Assembly (NCBI RefSeq): GCF_001194135.2
Contig: NC_068989.1
Span: 46,152,254-46,192,110, forward strand
Length of the DNA: 39,857 nt
From: Octopus bimaculoides
Lineage: Eukaryota
Direction: 5' to 3'
A program made the position numbers and the translations under genes. The notes under the pieces were generated by a model. It saw only the letters and a list, made by a program, of their open reading frames with translations, did not search any database and was not told the origin of the DNA. Below, in pieces: positions 12,180 to 25,923 of this stretch (position 1 is its first letter; each line of letters starts with the position of its first letter).

Positions 12180-13421
12180 ACTAACAACACGAGCAACATA
12201 TATGAAGTGAAGTGTATTCAGCTTAGGATTGAAACTATTTCTTCTATGTTTAATTCCAGTTCACGCGTGTAGTTCTGTCTATTTTCTAGCCGTTTCTTAC
12301 ACAATATAAAAGTAATATTGCCTAAAAAAAAACCTCATACATAAAAGAAGACCAAAAAAATAAAAAAAAAGAATTCCAGATTACAACTCCAAACCCATTT
12401 TAGAAATCTCGAGACTACAAAAGCTAGAATAAAAACGAAGTGACAGAACATGTGCGCATAAATACTTTACAACATAAAGATAGTTTCTAAATTTTCCTTT
12501 TGTTGTTTTTTAATCATAACCGTTGAAAGTTGCATCAACTCCTGTGGTTTCCCTCATTATCTACGAAACTGAGAGAAAAATAATGTAAGAAAGCATCAAG
12601 CACTTCGAATTTTATTTTTTTAATAGCAAACTTTTCTACAACATCCTTTGGGGAATGATTGTATATGTTTAAGAGTCTTCTACGAGTTACTGCGTCTTAT
12701 CACAGTAACACTGGGAGCTCTTTCTCTTGTTCGACAGTGGGAACTGGCAGAATAGCAGATAAATGAGAACATGGCTATTTCTACCTACTACGTTTGATAT
12801 ATATATATATATATANNNNNNNNNNNNNNNNNNNNNNNNNNNNNNNNNNNNNNNNNNNNNNNNNNNNNNNNNNNNNNNNNNNNNNNNNNNNNNNNNNNNN
12901 NNNNNNNNNNNNNNNNNNNNNNNNNNNNNNNNNNNNNNNNNNNNNNNNNNNNNNNNNNNNNNNNNNNNNNNNNNNNNNNNNNNNNNNNNNNNNNNNNNNN
13001 NNNNNNNNNNNNNNNNNNNNNNNNNNNNNNNNNNNNNNNNNNNNNNNNNNNNNNNNNNNNNNNNNNNNNNNNNNNNNNNNNNNNNNNNNNNNNNNNNNNN
13101 NNNNNNNNNNNNNNNNNNNNNNNNNNNNNNNNNNNNNNNNNNNNNNNNNNNNNNNNNNNNNNNNNNNNNNNNNNNNNNNNNNNNNNNNNNNNNNNNNNNN
13201 NNNNNNNNNNNNNNNNNNNNNNNNNNNNNNNNNNNNNNNNNNNNNNNNNNNNNNNNNNNNNNNNNNNNNNNNNNNNNNNNNNNNNNNNNNNNNNNNNNNN
13301 NNNNNNNNNNNNNNNNNNNNNNNNNNNNNNNNNNNNNNNNNNNNNNNNNNNNNNNNNNNNNNNNNNNNNNNNNNNNNNNNNNNNNNNNNNNNNNNNNNNN
13401 NNNNNNNNNNNNNNNNNNNNN

Positions 13422-13462
<41 letters not shown>

Positions 13463-13464
<2 letters not shown>

Positions 13465-13616
13465 TGGGCTTCTTTCAGTTTCCATCTACGAAACCCACTC
13501 ACAATACTTTGGTCATCCCGATGCTATAGAAGACGCTTGCCCAAGGTGCCACGCAGTGACACTGAACCCGGAACCATTTGGTTGGAAAGCAAGCTACTTA
13601 CCACGCAGCCCCTCCT
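13463..13616 (-). mobile_element. SINE family A 5' half
   Basis: Reverse complement matches 34278-34440 (ggcaccttgggcaag...cttctatagc...gtagatggaaactgaaagaagccc). Confidence 0.85.
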
Positions 13617-13739
13617 ATATACATATATATACACATATAAACATAAATATATACATATGCATACATATATATACATATATATACATATATATATATATAC
13701 ATAAACATATATATATATACATATATACATATATAGTTA

Positions 13740-14054
13740 TACGAGGTTTGATGAATAAGTATCCTGATTGTTGCCATAGTGCCGAAGCTAAAACATGCAG
13801 AGTGAAGCCGCTTGGAACAGATTAACCATCAACAATGCTCTGCATGTGGATTAGGTTTTGACGATCAAGCTCATTTTCTCCCTTTACAGCAGTGCTTCGA
13901 AGGAAGGTGTGTAGCGTGTGATCGTCGCATTGACCCTCTCAGAGAAAGTTGTCATGGCGATACCTGACCAGAATCCGACGCAAATTTGGAGNNNNNNNNN
14001 NTGTCATGGCGATACCTGACCAGAATCCGACGCAAATTTGGAGAAGGTTTATGG
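13740..14054 (+). mobile_element. mariner-family relic: left TIR, promoter region and deleted transposase start
   Basis: TA followed by TACGAGG (mariner-type terminus); 13865-13950 is homologous to 27295-27375; 13957-14054 encodes GDT*PESDANLEKVYG, like the mariner N-terminal HTH. Confidence 0.7.
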
Positions 14055-14055
14055 A

Positions 14056-14100
<45 letters not shown>

Positions 14101-14422
14101 ATATGTATTATTTGTTGATAATCTCGGTAGTGCTTTTGTTAATGATGGTGTTGTTTGTTAATAACGATGTTGATTGTAGTAGTAGTAGTTGTAGTAGTCG
14201 TAGTAGTAGTAGTAGTTTAAAATCAAATGTTTGTAGTTCATACTCTATCCATCTGGATTTTTGTAAAGTCATATTTTGAGCACGATACAGTAGAATCGAA
14301 CTCATACATCCGTGCTTTATAAAGAGGTTTTTTTCGACGCCTAGACATGCATTTATATGTATAAACATTGAAGTACTCAAACATATAAATTGTGGTAAAC
14401 CGTAAAATCTTCGATATTTTTC

Positions 14423-14841
14423 ATATTTTACTTGTTTCAGTCATTCGATCGCGGTCATGCTGGAGCACTGCGTTGAAAGATAACAGTCGACTGAATCAAT
14501 CCCGTACTTATTTTCTATATCGAAGCCTAGTATTTATTCTACTGGTCTCTTTACGGAGCCACAACGTTACGGGGACGTAAGCACAGCCAAGACGGCTTTC
14601 AAACGACGATGGGAGACAAACTCAAACACAAAGACACACACACTCATACACACACAAACGCACACACGGACATATATAAATACGAAGGGTGTCTTTCAGT
14701 TTCCGTATAGCAAGTTCACTCAAAAGGCTTTGCTCAGCCAGAGGGAATAGCAGAAGACACATTCTAAAGGTAACATGCAGTGTGACTGAACCCGGAAACA
14801 TGTGCTCGGGAAGCAAGTTTCTTACCACACAGCCACGCCTG
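14423..14841 (-). mobile_element. SINE family A, near full length, diverged
   Basis: Head (caggcgtggctgtgtggtaag), internal CA/TG repeat and 3' tail (ctgaaacaagtaaaa) homologous to 19262-19725 and 34278-34606. Confidence 0.85.
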
Positions 14842-15557
14842 TGTGTATCCATAATTACATCTATAGAACATTACCATGCCAATATCTAAATTAATACTAT
14901 CAATTCTCAGTGGATGCGAACAAAAATTATAAGGGAAAGAGTAAATAAAAATGGATTATATTTTAGTGGTCATATAGAAATATGTCAACTGGATGTGGTG
15001 GTATATCCGTGACTCAAAAAAATTTACTTCATTTATTAGATAAAACTATTTTCACATTGCAAATATGCAGTCCTCCGATATTAGAAATATTGCTTGTTGA
15101 TTTAACCATTTTATATTTAGGATGTATTTTATCTATTTTTATTGAATACTTTCTTGAAAATAGTGGATTTAAGGAAATAATTTAAAGCTATTAGCGACCT
15201 CGGTTATATTTGAATATTAAATTCATTATCATATCATGCGGATTCTTTAGTAGCTAAAAAATGATTGCAATGTATTGTTCCATATGGTTAGGAGAAACTA
15301 TGAAAGTATGGAGGTTACTGAATCCGTGATACTGATCATCCTTGTTATCGGCTGAATACGAAACTTGTGTATGTATATATGTATGCATGATTATTGCAGG
15401 TGGCATGAAACCTATAGTTAGTGGAACAATTTGAATAGCTATATGTGAGGAACCAGCAGCAATAATCATAAACTACTCTTGTCCCTCAGCATTGAGTACT
15501 ATTTGGTACTTAGCCTGTACATACTTACACTATATTCACACACACAGACATACATGC

Positions 15558-15593
<36 letters not shown>

Positions 15594-16914
15594 NNNNNNN
15601 NNNNNNNNNNNNNNNNNNNNNNNNNNNNNNNNNNNNNNNNNNNNNNNNNNNNNNNNNNNNNNNNNNNNNNNNNNNNNNNNNNNNNNNNNNNNNNNNNNNN
15701 NNNNNNNNNNNNNNNNNNNNNNNNNNNNNNNNNNNNNNNNNNNNNNNNNNNNNNNNNNNNNNNNNNNNNNNNNNNNNNNNNNNNNNNNNNNNNNNNNNNN
15801 NNNNNNNNNNNNNNNNNNNNNNNNNNNNNNNNNNNNNNNNNNNNNNNNNNNNNNNNNNNNNNNNNNNNNNNNNNNNNNNNNNNNNNNNNNNNNNNNNNNN
15901 NNNNNNNNNNNNNNTATATATATATATATCCATGAGAATTCTGAGTAGGTCATCTCGAATCAGAAACAGTTTAATAAATAGAATTTCCACCTTTATAAAC
16001 CACATAAATAATGTGATACTCAACAAGAGGTACTTGTACTCAGAGGTATCATGTTGTTTCAAAAGCACGACACACTAAGTGACATTCACTCTACCACTTA
16101 GTTCTGCGCAGAGGAATCAAGATCTTAAGTCTCATGACTTAAAGGCACGGTTTACACATCATGTGAACATCTTTTGATCAACAACGGACCCAATTCCATT
16201 TCCTTGTCCCATTTTCTGATACGACCGAGAATTGGCGACTGTGGTCCACCAGAATCTAATAGATTTCATAACTAATAATTTTGCCTATCTCAGACACACC
16301 ATTTTCCCCAAAGCAGCTCCTAATATCACTCAACAGAAGATCCAAGGTGAGTTCCAATTGCAGTCACAGAAGAGGGTTTTTGCATTAACGATATTCAAAG
16401 ACCTGTATTAGAACAATCAATATTCTGATTTCAAATAATATTGAAGTCACATTGGGCTTTCATCATTGTCGAGTCGATAAAATAATACCAGTCATATATC
16501 AAAACCCATTTATATTAACTCACAAAAAAAAATAAATAAAGTGTGGTTTTATGCCAATTTAAATACAAAAGTATATCTATAATCACAACATATGTGGCTG
16601 TATACAATAGATATTTTACATTAAATATTAAATGACAGGAGTAAATGAACTTGTATCTATTGTGTTTATATATACATGAAAGAGAACGCTGCAAGGTGTT
16701 CTTTCAGCTTGCTAAACATGGTAGCTAAATGGCTCAGTTCTAGATGGATTATGCACGAAAACAATGAGTCTGAATGATCACAACTGGAAAAGCAGCGGTT
16801 GTCGGTTTGTCCGAACTTTATAGAATTCAATCATATAACAACTCTAAAAGTAGCGACAACAACTACAACAAGACCAGCAAAAATAACCAGAACAACGACA
16901 AAAATTTTGGTTTC

Positions 16915-17215
16915 AAAGTTTGGCACAAGGCCAGCAATTTCGGGGAAGTTAGTAAGTCGATTACATCGATTCTGGTATTCAACTGGTACTTATTTTATCG
17001 ACTCCGAAAGGCTGAAACACACCTTTTTCTCCTCTTGTTATTATAATGTAAACAGTTACTATCATGAAGAGTGCAACTTGTACTTATTTTATCGACCCAA
17101 AAGGATGGAAGGTGAGGTCGACCCCAGCGGAATTTGAGCTCGGAACGTGAAGATGGAGGAAATGCGGTTAGATATTATTCCTGGCATGCTAACGATTCGG
17201 CCAGCTCGCTGCCTG
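16915..17215 (-). mobile_element. SINE family B, two adjacent pieces
   Basis: The ggtacttattttatcgac motif occurs twice (about 16985 and 17080); head at 17120-17215. Confidence 0.8.
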
Positions 17216-18691
17216 AAGTAATAATCACGAAAATATTAACCCCAAACCAACCGTGTATGTATGTGATCAAAAGGAAGATGAGATATATTCTGATAGTTCT
17301 TCAATTTTTTAATTCATACTTACCTGCCAGGAATTTATAATTTATCGGGTCGTGTTTAAAGATAACAAATATTTATAGGACTTCGAAAAATATATGCAAC
17401 TACTCAAAGGATTTAAAAGGCTTTCTAGAAACACATCTAGTGTACACTATGAAACTACTTATGGTGATACCCGGAGCAGAATAATTCCTGACCAGTTATA
17501 TAAAACCTAGCGATGGTAAGGAATAGAAAAATACTTCAAGCCGAATACACACAGACACACACACACAACCGGAATGGTTACAAATGGCTAGTAAAATGTG
17601 TGGTGTCAGCGATTATATCGAAACCCAAACGCCACAACGCGAAAGAAACAGTATGTATTAATACAATATTCACGCTGCTTCCATAAAAAGGATATATGTA
17701 AATACATATATAGCATATATGTGTGAACGCCTGTGTGTCTGTATGTGTGTGAGTATTTTACTCACACAAAAGAAACACACATACATGCATGCATGCATAC
17801 ATACATACATACATACATACATGCATATTACAACCGTTGCATTTCGACACATGAGCAAAGAGTAGATTCCAGAAGGCCATTTCGCTTCTGAGAAAGATCT
17901 ATGTCCAATGCTTGACCCAATGGACATAGTAGGACCACAACATAAATCAAGAGAAGAAGAGATGAGTGTGGGTTGAGTGTGACTCAATAATGGTAGTAAG
18001 AAATCGAGTAGCTTCGAGAAATAGATATTATAGTAGCAAAAGAACAGGTAAAGTAGGGTAAACAGCACGTCTATTGGACAGAGGACTGAAACGTGTTTGA
18101 GATTTATTAAGCACAAATTAGTCGCATGGCATCTCTGGATGCGATGTAGAGTTATGCATGTTTGTGTGTACATATATGGATGCGGTAGTATCAACTTCCC
18201 TACTGATGGAAACAACACTCAGTTACAAACCTTGGCTGAGCTTTTTTGAGTGTCAGTAATTTGAGGGGACTAAAGTAACATCTGTGCCAGTCCTTGGGTC
18301 TTGGCCTGCATATATTAAGGATCTACCTTCGCTAGTAGGGATCCTCGATTACAATGAAAATCAGCATTGTGACCTATTGCTGTGGTGTGGATTTGAAAAT
18401 ACCTAAGGCGTCGCACAGAGGTTCCGATTACAGAACTGCCAAATTCCGAAGCGAAGATTTAAGTTATTCATTCATTTCGGAGCCTATGTAGCTCATTTAT
18501 CTCTATCCCTTTCTTTTCTTCTCTCTTCACAGACACACAAAGAGACACACACAACGACACACACACACACACACACACATACATAAATACATACATACAT
18601 ACATACAGACGCACATAAGCGTCAAACTCAGGCACATATAGATACACTGTTCATCATACCCTAAACTTATTGATTTCTGTGCAGGTTGTGA

Positions 18692-18693
<2 letters not shown>

Positions 18694-18749
<56 letters not shown>
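18694..18749. repeat. (ATT)n microsatellite
   Basis: Directly visible. Confidence 0.95.
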
Positions 18750-19156
18750 TGAAAATTATAATTGTACACTGTTTTGATAATAGAATTTATCAACTCGAAT
18801 AGAATTTATATTAAATGTAAAAATTGATTTCTACTTTGAGGCGCATGAATTAAACTATTTAGAAATTCATTTATTAAAATGCAATTAATTAAAGTATCTA
18901 TTTTTCTTTGATGCGGCTAAAAAAATTGCAAATTGGCAAAGCTTTGTTGATACCAAATTTTAAAAAAATGAAAGAGAAAACAAACGAGCATAATTCTTGA
19001 TCTAGTGAAAGCTTTGAATAAATTACGGGCCAGATGTTAACTGTGAATATTTCACATGCAATCGCATATGTATTCAATGCGTTTCAACATTAAACTGTTT
19101 AATCCGTCTATCTCATTTTTAATCCGTCTATCTCACTCGGTATTCACTATACGCAT

Positions 19157-19187
<31 letters not shown>

Positions 19188-19261
19188 TGTATCACTCTGT
19201 TTCGATAGCTATCTTTCTATCTGTCTAACCATCCATCTATCTATCTGTGTTGTCTTTCTAT

Positions 19262-19464
19262 ATACCGCTAAGCATTGCTTCCCAACCACATGGTTCAGGG
19301 TTCAGTCCCACTGTGTGGCATCTTGGGTAAGCGTCTTCTACTATAGCCTCGGGCCGACTAAACTTTGCGAGTGGATTTCGTAGACGGAGATATGAAAGAG
19401 GCCTGTCGTATATATATATATATATATAAGAAATGAGGGCAGGGAATCGTCAATTAATAATATA

Positions 19465-19500
<36 letters not shown>

Positions 19501-19725
19501 TATATTTGAGTGTGTATCTGTGTTTGTCCCCCCACCATCGCTGACAACCGATTTTGGTGTGTTATGTCCCCCATACTTAACTGTTCGGCAATAAAAATCG
19601 ATAAAATAAGTAATAGGCTTACAAAGAATAAGTCCTGGGTTCGATTCGTTCGACTAAAGGCGGTGCTACAGCATGGCCAAGTCAAATGGCTGAAACAAGT
19701 AAAAGAATAAAAGAATAAAAGAATA
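19262..19725 (+). mobile_element. SINE family A with internal (TA)n/(TATG)n and (AAAGAAT)n tail
   Basis: Homologous to 34278-34606. Confidence 0.9.
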
Positions 19726-19729
19726 TTTA

Positions 19730-19850
19730 GTATGTGTATTTCGTGTGCAAGATTCTTGATGTGGATACGTGTGTTGAAAGAAATACAATTAAACCTTGGG
19801 AGAGGCATTATGCCGGTAATAAACACATAATGCCTCTCCCAAGGTTTAAT
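19730..19850 (+). repeat. short interspersed repeat (copy 1 of 3) with a 25-bp perfect hairpin at its end
   Basis: 19730-19824 is the reverse complement of 28263-28357; the stem is 19788-19812/19826-19850 with a 13-nt loop. Confidence 0.9.
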
Positions 19851-19994
19851 AATAAAAGAATATATATATATATACGTATGTAGAAATAATTGAGATTCAG
19901 TTGAATTAGGTACTAAGTTGAAGTACCAAGTCAGTCCGGTATTATCCTCACTTCTCGAAGTAAGACGAATAAAAATATATGTATGTATATATAA

Positions 19995-20034
<40 letters not shown>

Positions 20035-20065
20035 ATACATACATATACATATATATTATATATAT

Positions 20066-20280
20066 TAAGGTTGTCTTTGTTAGTTCCTTCTCGAGATATC
20101 CCCGGCTCATAAGAGCCGGGTTTTCCGGTTTCATTGGCGTATAAGTTCCTCACTTGGACGGGACGCCGAGCAGCGTGGAACTTAGGTATTTCGCTCATAA
20201 ACACACACATCACCCGGTCTGAAATTCGAACCCGCGATCCCTCGACCGCGAGTTCACTGCTCTAACCATTTGGCCATATG
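20066..20280 (-). mobile_element. tRNA-derived SINE, head like 6800-6886 but with a different 3' module
   Basis: Minus-strand head atggccaaatggttagagcagtgaactcgcggtcgagggatcgcgggttcgaatttc, then gtgtttatgagcgaaatacctaagttccacg. Confidence 0.8.
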
Positions 20281-20808
20281 CTTCCATATATCAATATATA
20301 TATATATANNNNNNNNNNNNNNNNNNNNNNNNNNNNNNNNNNNNNNNNNNNNNNNNNNNNNNNNNNNNNNNNNNNNNNNNNNNNNNNNNNNNNNNNNNNN
20401 NNNNNNNNNNNNNNNNNNNNNNNNNNNNNNNNNNNNNNNNNNNNNNNNNNNNNNNNNNNNNNNNNNNNNNNNNNNNNNNNNNNNNNNNNNNNNNNNNNNN
20501 NNNNNNNNNNNNNNNNNNNNNNNNNNNNNNNNNNNNNNNNNNNNNNNNNNNNNNNNNNNNNNNNNNNNNNNNNNNNNNNNNNNNNNNNNNNNNNNNNNNN
20601 NNNNNNNNNNNNNNNNNNNNNNNNNNNNNNNNNNNNNNNNNNNNNNNNNNNNNNNNNNNNNNNNNNNNNNNNNNNNNNNNNNNNNNNNNNNNNNNNNNNN
20701 NNNNNNNNNNNNNNNNNNNNNNNNNNNNNNNNNNNNNNNNNNNNNNNNNNNNNNNNNNNNNNNNNNNNNNNNNNNNNNNNNNNNNNNNNNNNNNNNNNNN
20801 NNNNNNNN

Positions 20809-20865
<57 letters not shown>

Positions 20866-21372
20866 CTTCGTAGATGTAGTAGAAGTGTGAAGGAATATGA
20901 ATGTGCGGATGAATCATTGTGTTTCAGTGCTCAATTTATTGCTTCTATGGAAATTCCACTGCACGCACAAACATCCACTATGAGATAGATATCTTCTTGG
21001 TATATGAAATCATGCGCCGTAAATTTTGAAATATTAAGCACGTAAGCACGGGTCGTGTTTTCCTATGACTCGTGTTTACACGCTGTCCTGGTACTCTGCT
21101 GAAGATAGTTTCCGAGCAAGATATATTTTTATCTTGCTAAATAACTTGAAACCATGGTACAGAGTATAGACTGGTAAAAGTTTTAATTTTTTATTCTCTT
21201 TCGAAATTATCCCTATTTTGGTGGTATAGAGTTTTTTGCTGCACTTTCTAGCGGGTTAGATGTCCTATTATAGGCATCTCTGTATTTTAAATATATATAT
21301 ATGTGTGTGTGTGTCTGTGTCTGTGTGTGTGTGTATATTTGAAAAAAGAAAAAGAATGACTTCAGTGGTAGC

Positions 21373-21499
21373 TCTAATCAGTTTAATTTATTACTTTTAA
21401 TTTTTAATTATATAAATTTAATACTATAAAATTAGATAATATAAATAATATAAATTTATATTATTAAAAAATGATAAATGATAAATTAAACTGATTAGA
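21373..21499. repeat. AT-rich fold-back palindrome (possible mini-MITE)
   Basis: 19-bp perfect terminal inverted repeat tctaatcagtttaatttat; arms about 45 bp. Confidence 0.75.
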
Positions 21500-21571
21500 A
21501 CTATCTGTGAACTAATTCTCTCTTTTTTCAAATATACCTAATTGTACCAAGGATCTCACACATTTTACAAC

Positions 21572-21605
<34 letters not shown>

Positions 21606-22060
21606 NNNNNNNNNNNNNNNNNNNNNNNNNNNNNNNNNNNNNNNNNNNNNNNNNNNNNNNNNNNNNNNNNNNNNNNNNNNNNNNNNNNNNNNNNNNNNNN
21701 NNNNNNNNNNNNNNNNNNNNNNNNNNNNNNNNNNNNNNNNNNNNNNNNNNNNNNNNNNNNNNNNNNNNNNNNNNNNNNNNNNNNNNNNNNNNNNNNNNNN
21801 NNNNNNNNNNNNNNNNNNNNNNNNNNNNNNNNNNNNNNNNNNNNNNNNNNNNNNNNNNNNNNNNNNNNNNNNNNNNNNNNNNNNNNNNNNNNNNNNNNNN
21901 NNNNNNNNNNNNNNNNNNNNNNNNNNNNNNNNNNNNNNNNNNNNNNNNNNNNNNNNNNNNNNNNNNNNNNNNNNNNNNNNNNNNNNNNNNNNNNNNNNNN
22001 NNNNNNNNNNNNNNNNNNNNNNNNNNNNNNNNNNNNNNNNNNNNNNNNNNNNNNNNNNNN

Positions 22061-22094
<34 letters not shown>

Positions 22095-23099
22095 AGAGAG
22101 AGAGAGAGAGAGAGCACGCCATGCATTGACATGCATAATCGAACTTTAGGTTAGTTAAAATATCTTTCTGACGTGTTTCAACTTCTAAAAGCAAATTCAC
22201 TGCATTTACCACGGAGAAAAAAACTTCTCCCGTATGGTAAAAGATTTGAAAATACGATATCTGTCGAATGCTGCTCTTGTCAGATTCCCAGGTGCCCTTC
22301 TAACTATTTTGTATTTATGAACGGGAAATACTGAAGAGAGATATCTGTAGACAGATTTGAAACTGTAGCTTTAACTAAAATACACTCAACAACATTGAGT
22401 AACGCTATTAGACCGCCATGCTTGAAGATGCTCATCAGTAGAAGTGCGTTAACTGCAGTGAATTTCCCTTTAAAAGTTGAAATATATCAAAAACATATTT
22501 TAACTGACCTAAAGCTCGCTTTTGCCTCAACACTGATTGATACTTATACTGATGAACTTATGCGTATTAATGTGTATGTGAGTGTGTGTGTGTGTGTGTG
22601 TGTGGTTACACTGCTGTAGTTCAGTTACGCCGGTCCAGTGGCTTAGTGTACAGAAGTTTCCAGAGTGAGCTGCCGTTTTTTCTTTACAATCATATGTGCG
22701 GCCAATTTGTCTCGTCTGAAGAAACAACTGCATGACGTGAATACTCTAGTGTAACAAGTCGCAGGACCTGCGTAGATTAAACTATACAAACACACATATA
22801 TATGTGTATGCGTAGCTATGTTTGTCTGTTGTACCTAATTCTTCGTAAATTTTCTTGTACATTTCTTGTCTCACTATCCCATCCCTTTCTAGGATCCAGC
22901 CTTCACGGCACCTTTCGCTGGTAACATTTGCTACAAAATTTACCGGCACTCTGAAGCGATGAATAATGTTGAGTACGATGAATAATATTCAGTCAATAGC
23001 TGATGGATTTGGATGAGGGAAATTCGTATTCGTGTTTGTACCTTCCGTTTTACTGTGAAGGTTGCCAGTTGTTTATGCTTAGGTTTCCGTAATTTTACT

Positions 23100-23131
<32 letters not shown>

Positions 23132-23171
23132 GGAAGTGTGTGTGTGTATGTAAGTATAAGCAAACATATTT

Positions 23172-23207
<36 letters not shown>

Positions 23208-23654
23208 ATAGATGCGTGTGAATAAAAAAGTAATGCAAATATAAATTGCATTACTTACTGATTTAACATTATATATATTCTCAAATGCTTGTATTTACTA
23301 GAGTTACTTCATCACAGTAAAGTCATTCATTCAACTTAAATTGAATTTGGATGACCGATTAAATTTAGTATAACTGTACTATAAAGAGAGCGTTTATTAT
23401 ATTACATATTCTAATGTTTAATTCAAGAAATTTTTGAACCTGTATTTCGTGTTTTGGGCCACATTTGACGTCACAGTGTAGTTAACCTGCAACAAATTAA
23501 TTTGTTACTTTAATTAAATTTTCTTCTGAAATTTTCGTCCCCATTGGTATAGTGCAAAACCAGTGTATGTTCACGTTTGGCAACACGTTGTTATGAAAAT
23601 TTTGTAAGTAGTATTGATACAATGTTCAAGAGTCCGCGTAGACTTTGACTTTTT

Positions 23655-23760
23655 ATTCGTTAAGCACGTTAGAGCATCGAATAGAGTCCCTCGCCGTCTT
23701 TGTTCCGTCTTACTGCTCTCTGAGTTCGAAATTCCACTACAGTCAGCCTTACCGCTCATC
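23655..23760 (+). mobile_element. old degenerate SINE family B head
   Basis: ctgagttcgaaattccactacagtcagcctt resembles ctgagttcaaattccgccgaggtcgacttt. Confidence 0.55.
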
Positions 23761-25037
23761 TGTTAAGGCTCGATTAAAAATAAAGGAAGGTTAATGGATC
23801 CGTAAGAAATCTTGACTAGACGCGTTGTGGTATTTCTGTTGACTTACTTTGTTCTGAATTCAAAATACTTAGTGTCCTATTTGGATTGGGTTGTGGATAA
23901 AAAATTGGGTTGCATTGGTACGTCCAAGAACTTCTCTATTTCGTATTCTATGTTATCACATTATGCCTAGAATTTTCCTTAAGTATAAAGTTGCATTGTA
24001 GAAGATACAGTACCATAGAGTTGGACGAATGACAGCATGGTAAAAATTACTTTTATATCAATACAAATAAAATAAAATAAGATAAACAGACTGTCCTGCT
24101 CCGCAGTTTTCTAAAAGTGCTCTCAACTTACCAATAGGAAATGGCACTCAAGCATCAAGACAGGTAATCGTAAACAGTGTATTTCCAAGATGTTCAAAGT
24201 TGCCTACATTTTGCAATTCTACCTCACTGTTATTCTAGGAGGTTCAGATTCTGCATGTCCTTAGACATCTTGATGCAGTACTACATCTAACTTTCCAGTA
24301 TTGACGGGGATTAAAACTGCTGTAGGCTTTGAGAAGTGATGGAAACAGGCTTACATTCTAGTTTCATCTTGTCTAGCAATGCTCAACCATCAGTGAACAG
24401 CAGGTCACACACACTTGTATGTTTAACGGATATTTGGTTGAAAAAAAATACGCAGGGAGGGGAAACAGATATAAACTAATACAAACAATGCATAGAAATT
24501 TTTCTGAAGGCCTTCTTGCAAACTCTAGCCAAGCGAGCTCGTGTTGGTGTTTCATCCCTATCTTACAGCCGATTGAAATGTGTATATCATATTACGAGCA
24601 AAGGGAGAATGTGTTAGCACGTTCTTCAACTGATGTTGATTATTATTAACACAGCTCTTGATAAAGATCTTGTATTGAGGAGGAAAAACGACCAAAAGAC
24701 GAAAGTCTTCTTCTGTTCATTTTTCGTCCCCCTTCTTCTTCGTATCATTCCTCTAGATTCCCCGTCCTACATAATCTCTGCTCCACTTACTCGACCTATA
24801 CCCACACTTTTACTCATTTTTGTTTCCTCCCGAGATAAGCAAAAACACAAGGTATGAAAGACGTACAACGTGACAGCAAACCTTTGATGCAAGTCTGATG
24901 AAGTGCCACTCTAACGTCTACAACCACAAACATTACGTAGACTTTGCGTAAGCTAGCGTTGCAAACAGAGTTGGTACAGAAACAATGGGGCGAATCTTTA
25001 GAGATGTGTTAAAGAATTTTCTTCGTCTTCTTTGTAG

Positions 25038-25164
25038 CATTTGGATTATTTATTCTTCGCCAAACTCACTTTACGGTGGAAGCGTCGTGGAAATTCAATT
25101 TTCAACACCCGAGGAATTCCGGCTTTGGTTTGGAACCCGACAGTGTTGATAGCCCAGTATACGT
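25038..25164. other. candidate exon of an unidentified gene, strand unresolved, truncated by a gap
   Basis: Plus: strong acceptor ttttcttcgtcttctttgtag at 25037 with two frames open to the gap. Minus: open frame VYWAINTVGFQTKAGIPRVLKIEFPRRFHRK ending at AAA|gtgagt (25070). Not recognised as a known protein. Confidence 0.25.
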
Positions 25165-25873
25165 NNNNNNNNNNNNNNNNNNNNNNNNNNNNNNNNNNNN
25201 NNNNNNNNNNNNNNNNNNNNNNNNNNNNNNNNNNNNNNNNNNNNNNNNNNNNNNNNNNNNNNNNNNNNNNNNNNNNNNNNNNNNNNNNNNNNNNNNNNNN
25301 NNNNNNNNNNNNNNNNNNNNNNNNNNNNNNNNNNNNNNNNNNNNNNNNNNNNNNNNNNNNNNNNNNNNNNNNNNNNNNNNNNNNNNNNNNNNNNNNNNNN
25401 NNNNNNNNNNNNNNNNNNNNNNNNNNNNNNNNNNNNNNNNNNNNNNNNNNNNNNNNNNNNNNNNNNNNNNNNNNNNNNNNNNNNNNNNNNNNNNNNNNNN
25501 NNNNNNNNNNNNNNNNNNNNNNNNNNNNNNNNNNNNNNNNNNNNNNNNNNNNNNNNNNNNNNNNNNNNNNNNNNNNNNNNNNNNNNNNNNNNNNNNNNNN
25601 NNNNNNNNNNNNNNNNNNNNNNNNNNNNNNNNNNNNNNNNNNNNNNNNNNNNNNNNNNNNNNNNNNNNNNNNNNNNNNNNNNNNNNNNNNNNNNNNNNNN
25701 NNNNNNNNNNNNNNNNNNNNNNNNNNNNNNNNNNNNNNNNNNNNNNNNNNNNNNNNNNNNNNNNNNNNNNNNNNNNNNNNNNNNNNNNNNNNNNNNNNNN
25801 NNNNNNNNNNNNNNNNNNNNNNNNNNNNNNNNNNNNNNNNNNNNNNNNNNNNNNNNNNNNNNNNNNNNNNNNN

Positions 25874-25923
<50 letters not shown>

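Noticed and set aside
13952-14043. Exact 40-bp direct repeat either side of a 10-N gap
   Set aside because: Typical contig-overlap assembly artefact.
17670-18218. 182-aa minus ORF
   Set aside because: Partly microsatellite, TTG start and no recognisable domain.
23571-23759. ORF MSGKADCSGISNSESSKTEQRRRG as a first exon
   Set aside because: It is the antisense reading of a degenerate SINE B head.
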